The notes under the pieces are model-generated. The model ran no database searches, had not been told where the DNA came from, and saw only the letters and a program-made list of their open reading frames with translations. The position numbers were made by a program, and so were the translations under genes. Below are positions 7,525 to 16,166 of a stretch of 21,268 nucleotides of DNA, piece after piece. Source of the stretch: Candidatus Hydrothermarchaeota archaeon (GTDB lineage: Archaea > CAYFZR01); the NCBI GenBank assembly GCA_046760505.1, contig JBHIEG010000026.1, forward strand, positions 1 through 21,268. The letters run 5' to 3'. The number at the start of each line of letters is the position of its first letter. Position 1 is the stretch's first letter.

Positions 7525-8796
7525 ATGCATGTCATAGGATTAAGGTGCAGAGAGTGTGGAAAAGAGTATCCCCATGAACTACTGAATACATGTAATAAAT
7601 GTTTCGGTCCGCTTGAACCTGTCTACAATTTCGATTACATTCAAGAAAACATAAGTAAAAAAAATATCGAGAAGGGTCCCAGCAGTATTTGGAGGTACAG
7701 GATCCTTTTGCCTGTGGAAAGAGAAGAGGTTATAGATTTAGGCGGTGGTTATACTCCCCTGCATAAATGCAAAAATCTTGCCAAAGAATTGGGCTTGAAG
7801 GAACTTTATATAAAAGACGATACTGCAAACCCTACTAACTCTTTTAAGGATAGAGTAGTTCCAGTAGCAGTAACAAAGGCTTTAGAATTTAATATGGAAG
7901 CAGTAGGTTGTGCTTCCACGGGTAATTTAGCAGCAAGTCTTGCGGCTCATGCTGCTAAGGCAAATTTAGATGCATTCATATTCATTCCCTCCGGTTTAGA
8001 ACTAGGGAAAATAGTCCAGATGCTGATATTCGAGCCGAATGTAATAGCAGTGAGAGGCACATACGACGATGCAAATAGGCTCGCCACAGAAATCGCTGAT
8101 ATATATAACTGGGCCTTTGTTAACATAAACGTCAGACCTTATTATGTGGAAGGCTCAAAGACAAGCGCCTACGAAATCGTCGAGCAACTAGACTGGACCA
8201 CGCCTGATAGAATAATCATACCAATGGCCAGCGGAGCGTTGTTCTGCTCAATTGCCAGAGGCTTGAAAGAACTGGAAAAACTCGGTTTAATAGAGGAAAA
8301 CCATACAATGCTTACCGGAACCCAGCCTAAAGGGTGCAGCCCTATTGTGGATGCTTGGTTGGAGAAGAGGGATTACATAATACCAGTTGAAAAGCCGAAC
8401 ACAATAGCAAAGAGCCTAGCGATCGGAGATCCTGCTGATGGATACTATGCCCTAGAGACCATAAAAGAAACCAGAGGAAATGCATATGCCCCCACAGATA
8501 AAGAGCTGGTAGAAGCTATAAAACTGCTAGCAAGAACAGAGGGTATTTTTGCCGAACCAGGATCTGCAACTACAATAGCAGCCCTGAAAGCATTGCTAGA
8601 AAGTGGTGGCATAGAAAGAGATGAGAGAATCGTCTGTTATATAACCGGAAGCGGTCTGAAGACCACTGACTCTGTGGTAAACGAAACTATAAAACCCTAT
8701 GAAATAGATCCAACGGTAGAGTCCTTTAAGGAATATTTGGAAAAGGGGTGGTACCATGGCAAGGGTAAGGATAAGATTCTCTTCCGTGTTACATGA
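7525..8796 (+). CDS. thrC: Threonine synthase-family PLP enzyme (possibly a sulfur-carrier-dependent O-phosphohomoserine sulfhydrylase)
   Basis: N-terminal Zn ribbon CREC...[13 protein letters not shown] (PLP Lys), [21 protein letters not shown] and ITGSGLK. Confidence 0.85.
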   Translation: MHVIGLRCRECGKEYPHELLNTCNKCFGPLEPVYNFDYIQENISKKNIEKGPSSIWRYRILLPVEREEVIDLGGGYTPLHKCKNLAKELGLKELYIKDDTANPTNSFKDRVVPVAVTKALEFNMEAVGCASTGNLAASLAAHAAKANLDAFIFIPSGLELGKIVQMLIFEPNVIAVRGTYDDANRLATEIADIYNWAFVNINVRPYYVEGSKTSAYEIVEQLDWTTPDRIIIPMASGALFCSIARGLKELEKLGLIEENHTMLTGTQPKGCSPIVDAWLEKRDYIIPVEKPNTIAKSLAIGDPADGYYALETIKETRGNAYAPTDKELVEAIKLLARTEGIFAEPGSATTIAALKALLESGGIERDERIVCYITGSGLKTTDSVVNETIKPYEIDPTVESFKEYLEKGWYHGKGKDKILFRVT

Positions 8797-9037
8797 TTTA
8801 ACGAGGGAAAGAGAAACAGAGTTAGAGGGCGTAAGCACGGTAAAGTCCCTGTTCAACACACTGGTGGAGAAGTACGGTAAGGAATTTAGTGAGAGAGTTT
8901 TAGACGATACAGGAAGACCAAGAAGATTCGTGAACGTCTATGTGAATGGCAAGGATATCAGGCATCTAAAATATATAGACACCGAACTGAACGATGGAGA
9001 TGAGGTCTCCATACTTCCCGCTGTGAGCGGTGGATGA
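8756..9037 (+). CDS. MoaD/ThiS/SAMP ubiquitin-like sulfur carrier
   Basis: Beta-grasp motifs [12 protein letters not shown] and [16 protein letters not shown] with a free C-terminal GG; AGGGGTG RBS. Confidence 0.93.
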   Translation: MARVRIRFSSVLHDLTRERETELEGVSTVKSLFNTLVEKYGKEFSERVLDDTGRPRRFVNVYVNGKDIRHLKYIDTELNDGDEVSILPAVSGG

Positions 9038-9070
9038 ACCCTATTTCACAGTCTGTTCCATACATCAAGG

Positions 9071-9835
9071 CTATATATCAAAGAGATTGGAAGCATTCTC
9101 GTAGCAGGCTCTTTGAATATCCTTTTTTGGAATACCCATTTTCCTCATTTCTATCACAGATCTTGGTATTGCAAGAGGATCCGAAGGTATAGAGGATATA
9201 TCGCTATTCAAGATAAATTTAGATGATCCATATTCTTTTATAATCTCTGCCGCTTGTTTGTGGGTGAGTTTTGAGGGTGGTTGTATGGTCAGTCCTATGT
9301 ACACATCGGTATCCATGAGTCTCTCCACAAGATCTTTTGAAGCGTGATCTATCATTATTTTAGTTTGCTCTATTCCCTTTACCTCTACTATCTTTAAGAT
9401 TCTTTCCGCAATTTCAGTCTTGTTTTTCTTTGGTGTATGGGCTATTACCGGCATGTCCTTTTCAACAGCAAGGTCTACTTGTTTTTCCAAGATCTTTTCC
9501 TCTACATCACTTGCATTTTCTAAACCTACTTCCCCTATGGCAACCACGTATCTCTCATTCAATAACTTCGAAAGTTTTTCAAGTAATTCATTCCAGCCTT
9601 TTGGTATTCCACTCGGGTGAATGCCAAGGGCAACATATAGCTCGAGATCATTATCCCTTGCTCTTTTTGTCTCAATCCTCAATAGCCTATCATAGTGGTC
9701 TAAATAAACATCAGCGCTACTCATTCTATAAACGTCGTGAGCGCATGTTATCGCCTTCACTATTCCCGAAATAGCCATCTTTTCAAAATCCTCATAACTT
9801 CTTGTATCAGCGTGAATGTGTGCATCGATGTACAT
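9071..9835 (-). CDS. TatD-family metal-dependent hydrolase (COG1099-like)
   Basis: DAHIH, LGIHP, AIGEVGL, IAHTP, MIDH and LNSD...SDPLA. Confidence 0.88.
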   Translation of the reverse strand: MYIDAHIHADTRSYEDFEKMAISGIVKAITCAHDVYRMSSADVYLDHYDRLLRIETKRARDNDLELYVALGIHPSGIPKGWNELLEKLSKLLNERYVVAIGEVGLENASDVEEKILEKQVDLAVEKDMPVIAHTPKKNKTEIAERILKIVEVKGIEQTKIMIDHASKDLVERLMDTDVYIGLTIQPPSKLTHKQAAEIIKEYGSSKFILNSDISSIPSDPLAIPRSVIEMRKMGIPKKDIQRACYENASNLFDI

Positions 9836-9865
9836 GAATCCGCCCCTTTCGATTTTAAGCAGATT

Positions 9866-11212
9866 TTAAGCATTTACCCTTTCGGCTATATTGATCACAG
9901 TATTGACCATCTCTCCTATCGAATGGGAAAATATCATTATTAACTTTTCCTTGCCCACCTCACCCAGATCGCAGACGACATTTGGCAGTTTCTCAGATTT
10001 GCTAACAGCATATTCAATACCCCATTCCGTTGTCTTGCCTTCTATCCTTTTTATTTCCTCAGGCTCATATTTCCTGTCAAAAAAAGATACGCTCAGACCC
10101 ATTTTTTCGCATACCTCAACGATACGCTCCGAGTATTTTATGTTCATTGCTGCCTTTACGTCTGTATATTTCCTCATCGCGAGTAAAGCCTTTGCCATAT
10201 GTCTAGAAACATCGAACCACGGACAGTAAACCGCTTTTACTCCGTTTTTGATTTTTACAATTCTACCTTCAATTCCCGCTATTTCTCTCTCGTTCATCGC
10301 ATAGGGCAGTGCATAAACCAAATTTGATCCAACCTCAGGTATTAAGTCCATTACTCTATCGTTTGTCTCAAGAAGTTTGATTCCCTCTCTTAACTCTTTC
10401 AGGACTTCATATCTTTTGGATTCATTCATTAGATATGCAAGATGATAAACAGGTCCATTTCCCTTTCCTAGGGGTAGAGAATATTTTAATGATCTCGTAA
10501 CAAATTCTTTCCCCTCTCTTACAGCATTTAATATATCCTCTCCCTTTGCCAGATAGGCTGTTATGGCAGCGGAAAGGGTGCAACCTGTGCCGTGGGTATT
10601 CTCCGTAATGATTCTTTTTTCCCTAAACTCATGGATCTCCCCGTCCTTGTAGAGAATATCTGATGAATACTCCCCGGACAGGTGTCCTCCCTTTATCAGT
10701 ACATTCTCAACCCCCAAATCCGATATCTCTCTTGCTGCCTCTATGCATTCGGAAACAGACGAGATCTTCATCTCTGCTAGAACCTCTGCCTCCTCTACAT
10801 TTGGAGTTAAAAGATAGGCTCTGGGTATCAGTTCCTCTTTCATGATACTTATCGCACTCTCTTTTATCAGAGGTGTCCCGGACTTTGCAACCATTACTGG
10901 GTCTACAATCAACCTTTCCATCGAGTACTCATCCATTTTTTTAGCAACAATCTTTATGTTTTCTTCGTTGCTTAACATGCCGGTCTTTGCTGCGTCAACT
11001 CCTATATCTGAAAAAACTGCATCTATCTGTGCGCTAACTGTATCTGGCTCTATATCTTGTATTTTAAGGACTCCTGTTGTATTTTGAGCAGTTACAGAGG
11101 TTATCACGCTCATCGCGTAAACTCCAAGGCTTTCCATCGTTTTTATGTCTGCTTGGATTCCTGCTCCACCTCCACTGTCAGAGCCTGCTATGGTTAAGCC
11201 CCTTGGAATCAT
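9866..11212 (-). CDS. thiDN: Bifunctional HMP/HMP-P kinase and archaeal thiamine-phosphate synthase (ThiDN)
   Basis: ThiD motifs TIAGSDSGGGAGIQAD, DPVM, TPN..EA, KGGH and THGTGCTLS; ThiN motifs LIPEVGSN, GRI, SRHMA, AAMNIKY and GKE. Confidence 0.95.
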   Translation of the reverse strand: MIPRGLTIAGSDSGGGAGIQADIKTMESLGVYAMSVITSVTAQNTTGVLKIQDIEPDTVSAQIDAVFSDIGVDAAKTGMLSNEENIKIVAKKMDEYSMERLIVDPVMVAKSGTPLIKESAISIMKEELIPRAYLLTPNVEEAEVLAEMKISSVSECIEAAREISDLGVENVLIKGGHLSGEYSSDILYKDGEIHEFREKRIITENTHGTGCTLSAAITAYLAKGEDILNAVREGKEFVTRSLKYSLPLGKGNGPVYHLAYLMNESKRYEVLKELREGIKLLETNDRVMDLIPEVGSNLVYALPYAMNEREIAGIEGRIVKIKNGVKAVYCPWFDVSRHMAKALLAMRKYTDVKAAMNIKYSERIVEVCEKMGLSVSFFDRKYEPEEIKRIEGKTTEWGIEYAVSKSEKLPNVVCDLGEVGKEKLIMIFSHSIGEMVNTVINIAERVNA

Positions 11213-11454
11213 TCTTTACCTCCTAATTTTTTATAATTCTGTAATTCGTATTTGTTTATATCATATTTGATGAAATAATTTTTGATTAAATCGATATTCG
11301 AAGTACTACCTGACAATTTTTTCAAATCAGGAGGTTCTTGCCTTTATGCCATCTCAGCACGAGAATCATCTTTCAGGTCTTGTTTTTAGGTGTCTCTTAA
11401 ATATCTGCGAAAAGTTGATATTAGTTTAGAAAATAAAGTTAGTGCGGTGTAGTC

Positions 11455-12432
11455 ATGCCAGTAAGTAAGGCGCCATATAAGAGAGGTTACAAGCATACGA
11501 AGTCAAGGGGTAGCGATCCAGCCGTATGGTGCGAGATGTGCGGGAGAAGGGTTCCCAGATTCAAGTCCTTCTCCAAGATCCAGAGCTTTTACATAGCTGA
11601 TCCTGTGGTAAGGGGAGTGGTAGATCAACATTCCTTCAACGTTAGAAAGGTATATTACTGTCCTAAATGCGCCAAATTCCTTGGAATAGTTGAAAAGAAA
11701 AGACAAAGGATGGAACAACCTAAAAGGATACCTGAAGTATCCGGTAACGTGATTATAAGAAAGATACACGGTCCAGAAGTGATGTTTAAGCATAAAGATT
11801 ATGCCTTCATCATAGATGTTGAAAATAAGAAGGAAAGAATAAAAAATTTGATAATCAGGCCCAAGACAATAGTTCAAAACATCAACCTCGAGCCAAAAGA
11901 GGTAAGGTTTGACGTTCCGGAAAAAACCATAAAACAAATACATTTTAGAGCGAGAGTTGATGATGAAGTAACAATAAAGGGAACCGCAATTTCGTTCGAG
12001 ATTCTTAAAGATGGGAGGCCTCTAGAAAATAAGGTTCATTACGTCAGCATAATGGACGAAAGTGCCCTGAACAAAGAAATAAAACTGGAGATAGAAAAGA
12101 GGTTAGAAAGGACAAAGATTACCGCCAACGAAATGTTAAAGGTTGAATTAGTGGTCAAAAACACCGGAGATTATCCTGCATACTTCGAAATAAAGGATAA
12201 AGTACCGAAGGGATGGTTAACAAGAGGAGACACAAGAGTACACAGTTATCTACAACCCAAGGAAGAATTGGTTCACGTATATCAGATGAAACCCTTTAAA
12301 GCAGGAAAATACAGGATACCAAGATGCGAGATGATGTACGAAGACGATCTCGAGGTTAAAAGGGTTCTCAGCAATGAGGTAACAGTAGAAGTATTGCCTG
12401 CAAAAAAAGCATCAAAGGTGCCCCTAGAATAA
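11455..12432 (+). CDS. Ribosomal protein eS26 (S26e)-like zinc ribbon fused to two predicted Ig-like beta-sandwich domains
   Basis: Basic N-terminus, then CEMCGRRVPRFK and YYCPKCAKFLGIV (eS26-like); C-terminal V.L.VKNTG...IKDKVP.G...LQPKE...GKY.IP.....Y....SN.V.VEV pattern (DUF11/BatD/TRAP-beta-like). Confidence 0.7.
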   Translation: MPVSKAPYKRGYKHTKSRGSDPAVWCEMCGRRVPRFKSFSKIQSFYIADPVVRGVVDQHSFNVRKVYYCPKCAKFLGIVEKKRQRMEQPKRIPEVSGNVIIRKIHGPEVMFKHKDYAFIIDVENKKERIKNLIIRPKTIVQNINLEPKEVRFDVPEKTIKQIHFRARVDDEVTIKGTAISFEILKDGRPLENKVHYVSIMDESALNKEIKLEIEKRLERTKITANEMLKVELVVKNTGDYPAYFEIKDKVPKGWLTRGDTRVHSYLQPKEELVHVYQMKPFKAGKYRIPRCEMMYEDDLEVKRVLSNEVTVEVLPAKKASKVPLE

Positions 12433-12446
12433 ATGAGCAAGCAAAA

Positions 12447-13478
12447 TCATATGTCCCAGTAAGGAGATATCTTCCCCCTGATCCTATTGATTATTTCTGA
12501 GACCCTTTCCGTGATTTTCTGCTCTGGAGGTGGATTTGGTTCTTCAATGGATAATTCCAGGTCCCCTAATTCATTCAGAATGCTTAAAACACCGTAAGAA
12601 ATTCCATCTGGGTGATATCCTCCCTCGAGTAACATGGTAACTCTATTTTTGCATTTCTCAGAAATTTCTCTGATTAAAGAGGCAAATTTAACGAAAGTAT
12701 TTATACTGTACCCTAGGTCTGATATGGGATCTAGGAAATAACCATCAAACCCAGAGGAGACAAGGATGAACTCGGGCTTGAAACTCTCTGTTACTGGGAG
12801 CAGAATCTGGTTCATGATTGCCAGTGCCCCGGCACCAGAGGTCTTTGGAGGAACAGGAGCATTTATGTTAAAGCCCTCTCCCTCTCCCTTTCCTACATCA
12901 TCTATTGAACCCGTCCCCGGATAGAGAGGATGTTGATGGATCGAAAAGTAGAGCACCCCAGGATCCGAGTAAAATATATTTTCAGTACCATTCCCGTGAT
13001 GAGCATCAAAATCTATTATCAAAATTCTCTCTAAAAATCCCTTTAGATAATTAGCGCATACAGCAATGTTATTGAAATAACAAAATCCCCCTCCAAAGTC
13101 TTTACCTGCGTGATGTCCTGGAGGTCTGATCAGAGCAAATGAAAGTGAATGGTTTTCCATTGTTTCTTTAACCGCTTCTATTGCTCCGCTGACAGAAAGC
13201 AGGGCAATATCGTAGGTATTTTTATATACTGGGGTGTCCAGTGTAAGCATTCCACCCCTACTGCTCAGATCTTTCACAAGTTTGACGTAGGTGCTTTCAT
13301 GAGTTTTTTCAACCAAGTGGGAATTCAGTGATTTGGGCTCAATTTTATTAACTTTCTGAAAAATCTCATAAACCTCAAGGAGATCAATGACCGATTGAAG
13401 TCTTTTTGGGTTTTCTGGGTGTCTTGATCCGGGATCGTGCTCCAAGTATTTGGGATGATAGATGATTGATATTCTCAT
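12447..13478 (-). CDS. Zn-dependent histone deacetylase-family protein (HDAC/AcuC/APAH)
   Basis: HPENPKRL, RPPGHHA, GFCYFNN, DFDAHHGNGT, YPGTG, GFDG and LEGGY. Confidence 0.93.
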   Translation of the reverse strand: MRISIIYHPKYLEHDPGSRHPENPKRLQSVIDLLEVYEIFQKVNKIEPKSLNSHLVEKTHESTYVKLVKDLSSRGGMLTLDTPVYKNTYDIALLSVSGAIEAVKETMENHSLSFALIRPPGHHAGKDFGGGFCYFNNIAVCANYLKGFLERILIIDFDAHHGNGTENIFYSDPGVLYFSIHQHPLYPGTGSIDDVGKGEGEGFNINAPVPPKTSGAGALAIMNQILLPVTESFKPEFILVSSGFDGYFLDPISDLGYSINTFVKFASLIREISEKCKNRVTMLLEGGYHPDGISYGVLSILNELGDLELSIEEPNPPPEQKITERVSEIINRIRGKISPYWDI

Positions 13479-13515
13479 GCTTTCATCTGATTTCTTTTTA
13501 TATAAAATTTTATCA

Positions 13516-13531
13516 CGAAAAGCATAAATAA
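13516..13531 (+). promoter_or_regulatory. Putative BRE/TATA promoter of tRNA-Gly
   Basis: CGAAAAGCATAAATAA: purine-rich BRE-like run plus a TATA-like box about 26-35 nt upstream of the mature tRNA. Confidence 0.4.
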
Positions 13532-13556
13532 GCTCTTCATTTAAATGTTATATTGA

Positions 13557-13631
13557 GCGGTCGTAGTATAGGTTGGTCTAGTACATCGGCCTGCCACGCC
13601 GAGAACCCGGGTTCAAATCCCGGCGGCCGCA
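13557..13631 (+). tRNA. tRNA-Gly (GCC)
   Basis: Acceptor stem GCGGTCG/CGGCCGC with discriminator A, anticodon arm TCGGC-CTGCCAC-GCCGA and T arm CCGGG-TTCAAAT-CCCGG; no intron, no encoded CCA. Confidence 0.96.
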
Positions 13632-13648
13632 CTTAAGACCTATTTAAA

Positions 13649-13659
13649 CTTATTTTTTT
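13649..13659 (+). terminator. Oligo-T archaeal terminator after tRNA-Gly
   Basis: TTATTTTTTT run about 18 nt downstream of the tRNA 3' end. Confidence 0.45.
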
Positions 13660-13870
13660 AAATAATCCTAATCGCATCTACTATTCTATCAAAAAATATC
13701 TATCAAAAATATTATTCAGAGGTACATTCTGATACATTCTGGAGAAGTCTGACTCGTGTCAGAAAAAATCAGTTATAGCAATTCTTTAACAATTTTGAAT
13801 CGTATTACAAGCGTCTGACAAAATCGAAAGATTTTTAGACTTTGTTTTATAAAAATGAAGTGGGTACGCT

Positions 13871-14626
13871 ATGAATCTGCCAATTTTGCTGCTGCTCGTC
13901 TTTTTAATTGTTCCCATAAGGGGAGATGTAATCCTTGAGTCTACAGTCATTCCGGACCCCATACCCAAGGATGGCTCAGGGGTTCTAATCGTGGATGTTA
14001 GCGTTGTCAAGGACGATGACCCCCTTACAAAGGATACAGCCTACGATTTTTATTTAGAGATTTCATCAGATGCTTTCAAGGGGGAAAATTATATCAAAAC
14101 CAGACCCATAAATCTCCCTGTTAATACGAGCAAGAGCTACCAATTCGATATCAATCCAATTTCATCTGGAAAAGTAGACATCAAGGCTAAATACGGGATA
14201 ATCGTCTGTACAGATGATTACTGTCCCATAGAGCCGAACAAATTTGAGACAAAGACGCTATCAGTTTCATTTGAAGTATCAGATGAATACGCGCCATTAG
14301 GCTACACCGACATAGTAAAAGCAAAGGATATGCTTAAGAAGAATTATGAGAAGAGTTTTGAGGACATAAAAGATCTGAACACAACCATAGTTTCTTTAAG
14401 AGAAAAGTCATCACGCTTAAAAGATGCTTACCTTTCCACGCTATCGAGATATAATTTAAAGAAAGAAAAATTCGAGTATTTTGTAAAAGAAATGGATAGA
14501 GTCAAGAAAGAGAAGATCCTGATCGATTTTTTCTTATTTTTCTCCATTACATCGATCATGGTTAACGATTACATCAAATTAAGGAGAGGAAAAAAATGGC
14601 GAATAGTAAGATGGTCCTACCGATAG
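13871..14626 (+). CDS. Exported membrane-anchored protein: signal peptide, Ig-like domain with C-x4-C, coiled coil, C-terminal TM helix
   Basis: Hydrophobic N-terminus LPILLLLVFLIVP, beta-rich domain containing VCTDDYCP, helical K/E-rich stalk, TM segment ILIDFFLFFSITSIMV and basic tail. Confidence 0.7.
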   Translation: MNLPILLLLVFLIVPIRGDVILESTVIPDPIPKDGSGVLIVDVSVVKDDDPLTKDTAYDFYLEISSDAFKGENYIKTRPINLPVNTSKSYQFDINPISSGKVDIKAKYGIIVCTDDYCPIEPNKFETKTLSVSFEVSDEYAPLGYTDIVKAKDMLKKNYEKSFEDIKDLNTTIVSLREKSSRLKDAYLSTLSRYNLKKEKFEYFVKEMDRVKKEKILIDFFLFFSITSIMVNDYIKLRRGKKWRIVRWSYR

Positions 14627-15846
14627 TACTGCTCTTGCTCTCAACCCCTGTATGTTCCAAGGTTATTCTGGAGTACTTCTGGAATTCTGAATGCGCTGCC
14701 TGTAAACTTCTTGCCAAAGAGATGTTCTTTGAAAAACTGGAGGAGAAATATGGATCAAATCTGATCGTGAAGAAATACAATACGGACAATTCAGAGAACA
14801 GAGATTACTTCAAGACGAAATATAATGGAGAAATTCTTCCGCATGTCGTCATAAACGAAAGAATAAACCTGATAGGGTATGCTGAAATAACAAAAAATAC
14901 TGAACGCATAATTCAAGAAGAAATAAGGAATGGAGGAGTCTCAACAGTTGCGTTTACCAGCAGTATGTTAATCAAGCCTAAAATAAATCCGATCTTAACT
15001 CCTGTGGTTCAAAAAACAAAGGAGGAGACTTCAACCCAAAAAAGACCCCTCACTAGGTATGAACGAATCTCATTGCTTTTGGAAGATATAGAGAAAAAAA
15101 TTGGAAACCTGGAACTCATGGGTATCGACGTTACCGAAGAAAAAGAAAGCCTGAACAAACTTCAATTCAAACTTAGGGGTTTGGATGGGAAGGAAAATGA
15201 AGATGACTACGAGCCAAGGTTAAATGAAGTGCGCATAATGGGAGAGAAGTTGGATGAAAAGATTACAGAGAATGAAAAGAACCTAGCATATGATATGTTG
15301 TCTAAGGCAAGGGACGATTTAATTCCACCAAGAGAAATCTTTTTCATATCTCCAACTGGAAGAGAACTTCTAACCAAGGCCAACGAATATATAGAAAGGG
15401 CAAACTATCAGTACAGGGTGGCCGAAACCGCATATTATTCAAAAGACTACTTAAAGGCATATACATGGGCAGCAACTAGCCTCAACAGTATTAAAAATGC
15501 CAAAGAACTTATATCCAAAGCTGAAATAATGGAAGAGGCATATATTCGGGAAAATATTCAAGAAGATAGTAGAACCGTTAATAAGTATGCTGAAGGTCTA
15601 AGATATAACGACGAAAAGATAAACAAATTACGGAACGAGATATCTACCCTTAAGAGTGAAATCAAATTTTATGAAGACGGTATCGCCACTCATTCGAGGG
15701 GGATAGAAGAGCTGAATTCTGAGATGAAAGAACTCAGCAAAAATATAAACTCAAAGAGAGAGAGAAACTGGAGTTACAAGTTAGGCTTGCTGATTTACAT
15801 AACAATGCTTCTACTCTCAGCGCCTATAAAGGAGAGTGGGCTATGA
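14596..15846 (+). CDS. Exported thioredoxin/glutaredoxin-fold protein with long helical stalk and C-terminal TM helix
   Basis: Signal peptide VLPIVLLLLS, EYFWNSECAAC (CxxC), cis-Pro motif ILPHVVIN, LIG, heptad-rich region and TM segment LGLLIYITMLLL; GAGAGG RBS. Confidence 0.78.
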   Translation: MANSKMVLPIVLLLLSTPVCSKVILEYFWNSECAACKLLAKEMFFEKLEEKYGSNLIVKKYNTDNSENRDYFKTKYNGEILPHVVINERINLIGYAEITKNTERIIQEEIRNGGVSTVAFTSSMLIKPKINPILTPVVQKTKEETSTQKRPLTRYERISLLLEDIEKKIGNLELMGIDVTEEKESLNKLQFKLRGLDGKENEDDYEPRLNEVRIMGEKLDEKITENEKNLAYDMLSKARDDLIPPREIFFISPTGRELLTKANEYIERANYQYRVAETAYYSKDYLKAYTWAATSLNSIKNAKELISKAEIMEEAYIRENIQEDSRTVNKYAEGLRYNDEKINKLRNEISTLKSEIKFYEDGIATHSRGIEELNSEMKELSKNINSKRERNWSYKLGLLIYITMLLLSAPIKESGL

Positions 15847-16064
15847 GGCTCCCTTGGGTAGTAATGATACTGGGCATGGTGATATTTACCCTCGGATTAG
15901 TAAAAGATATTGCAGATGAAGACATACTCACAAATTGGGAATTTACAGCAGGCTTGTCAGGATCTTTGAAGATTTTTTCAAAATCTTTACCGGTAGACGG
16001 CATTTTACTTGTATTCGGCGGCGCTTTCTTGGTTTTAATCGGGCATATTCTCATAGATTATTGA
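15843..16064 (+). CDS. Small two-TM membrane protein
   Basis: Two hydrophobic segments; ATGA overlap with the upstream stop codon; GGAG RBS. Confidence 0.7.
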   Translation: MRLPWVVMILGMVIFTLGLVKDIADEDILTNWEFTAGLSGSLKIFSKSLPVDGILLVFGGAFLVLIGHILIDY

Positions 16065-16135
16065 TGATGGAAAGGTTTTTAGTCTTAAATTAATCTTAAA
16101 TTCTATCTGAGCATTAAGGCTGAAAAACAACATAT

Positions 16136-16166
16136 ACACTAGATACAATAACACTAGATACAATAA
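16136..16166. repeat. Perfect 15-nt tandem duplication (ACACTAGATACAATA x2)
   Basis: Copies at 16136-16150 and 16151-16165, ending one base before tRNA-Val. Confidence 0.9.

Noticed and set aside
7525-8796. Cysteate synthase (coenzyme M biosynthesis)
   Set aside because: The PLP-lysine motif is SFKDR, as in threonine synthases, rather than the FKELEA-type motif I recall for cysteate synthases; no com genes are nearby.
9029-9037. GG-TGA end of the SAMP (and the TGA stop of the CxxC DsrE gene) as selenocysteine readthrough
   Set aside because: C-terminal GG is the normal mature end, the TGA codons are not at catalytic Cys positions, and no SECIS-like hairpin was seen.
11300-11400. Canonical TPP riboswitch as a feature
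   Set aside because: Only fragments match and the P4/P5 consensus is missing; kept only as a low-confidence finding.
13632-16166. Integrated provirus or mobile element
   Set aside because: No integrase, transposase or viral genes, and no duplicated tRNA 3' end.
16136-16166. CRISPR array
   Set aside because: Two adjacent 15-nt copies with no spacers and no cas genes.
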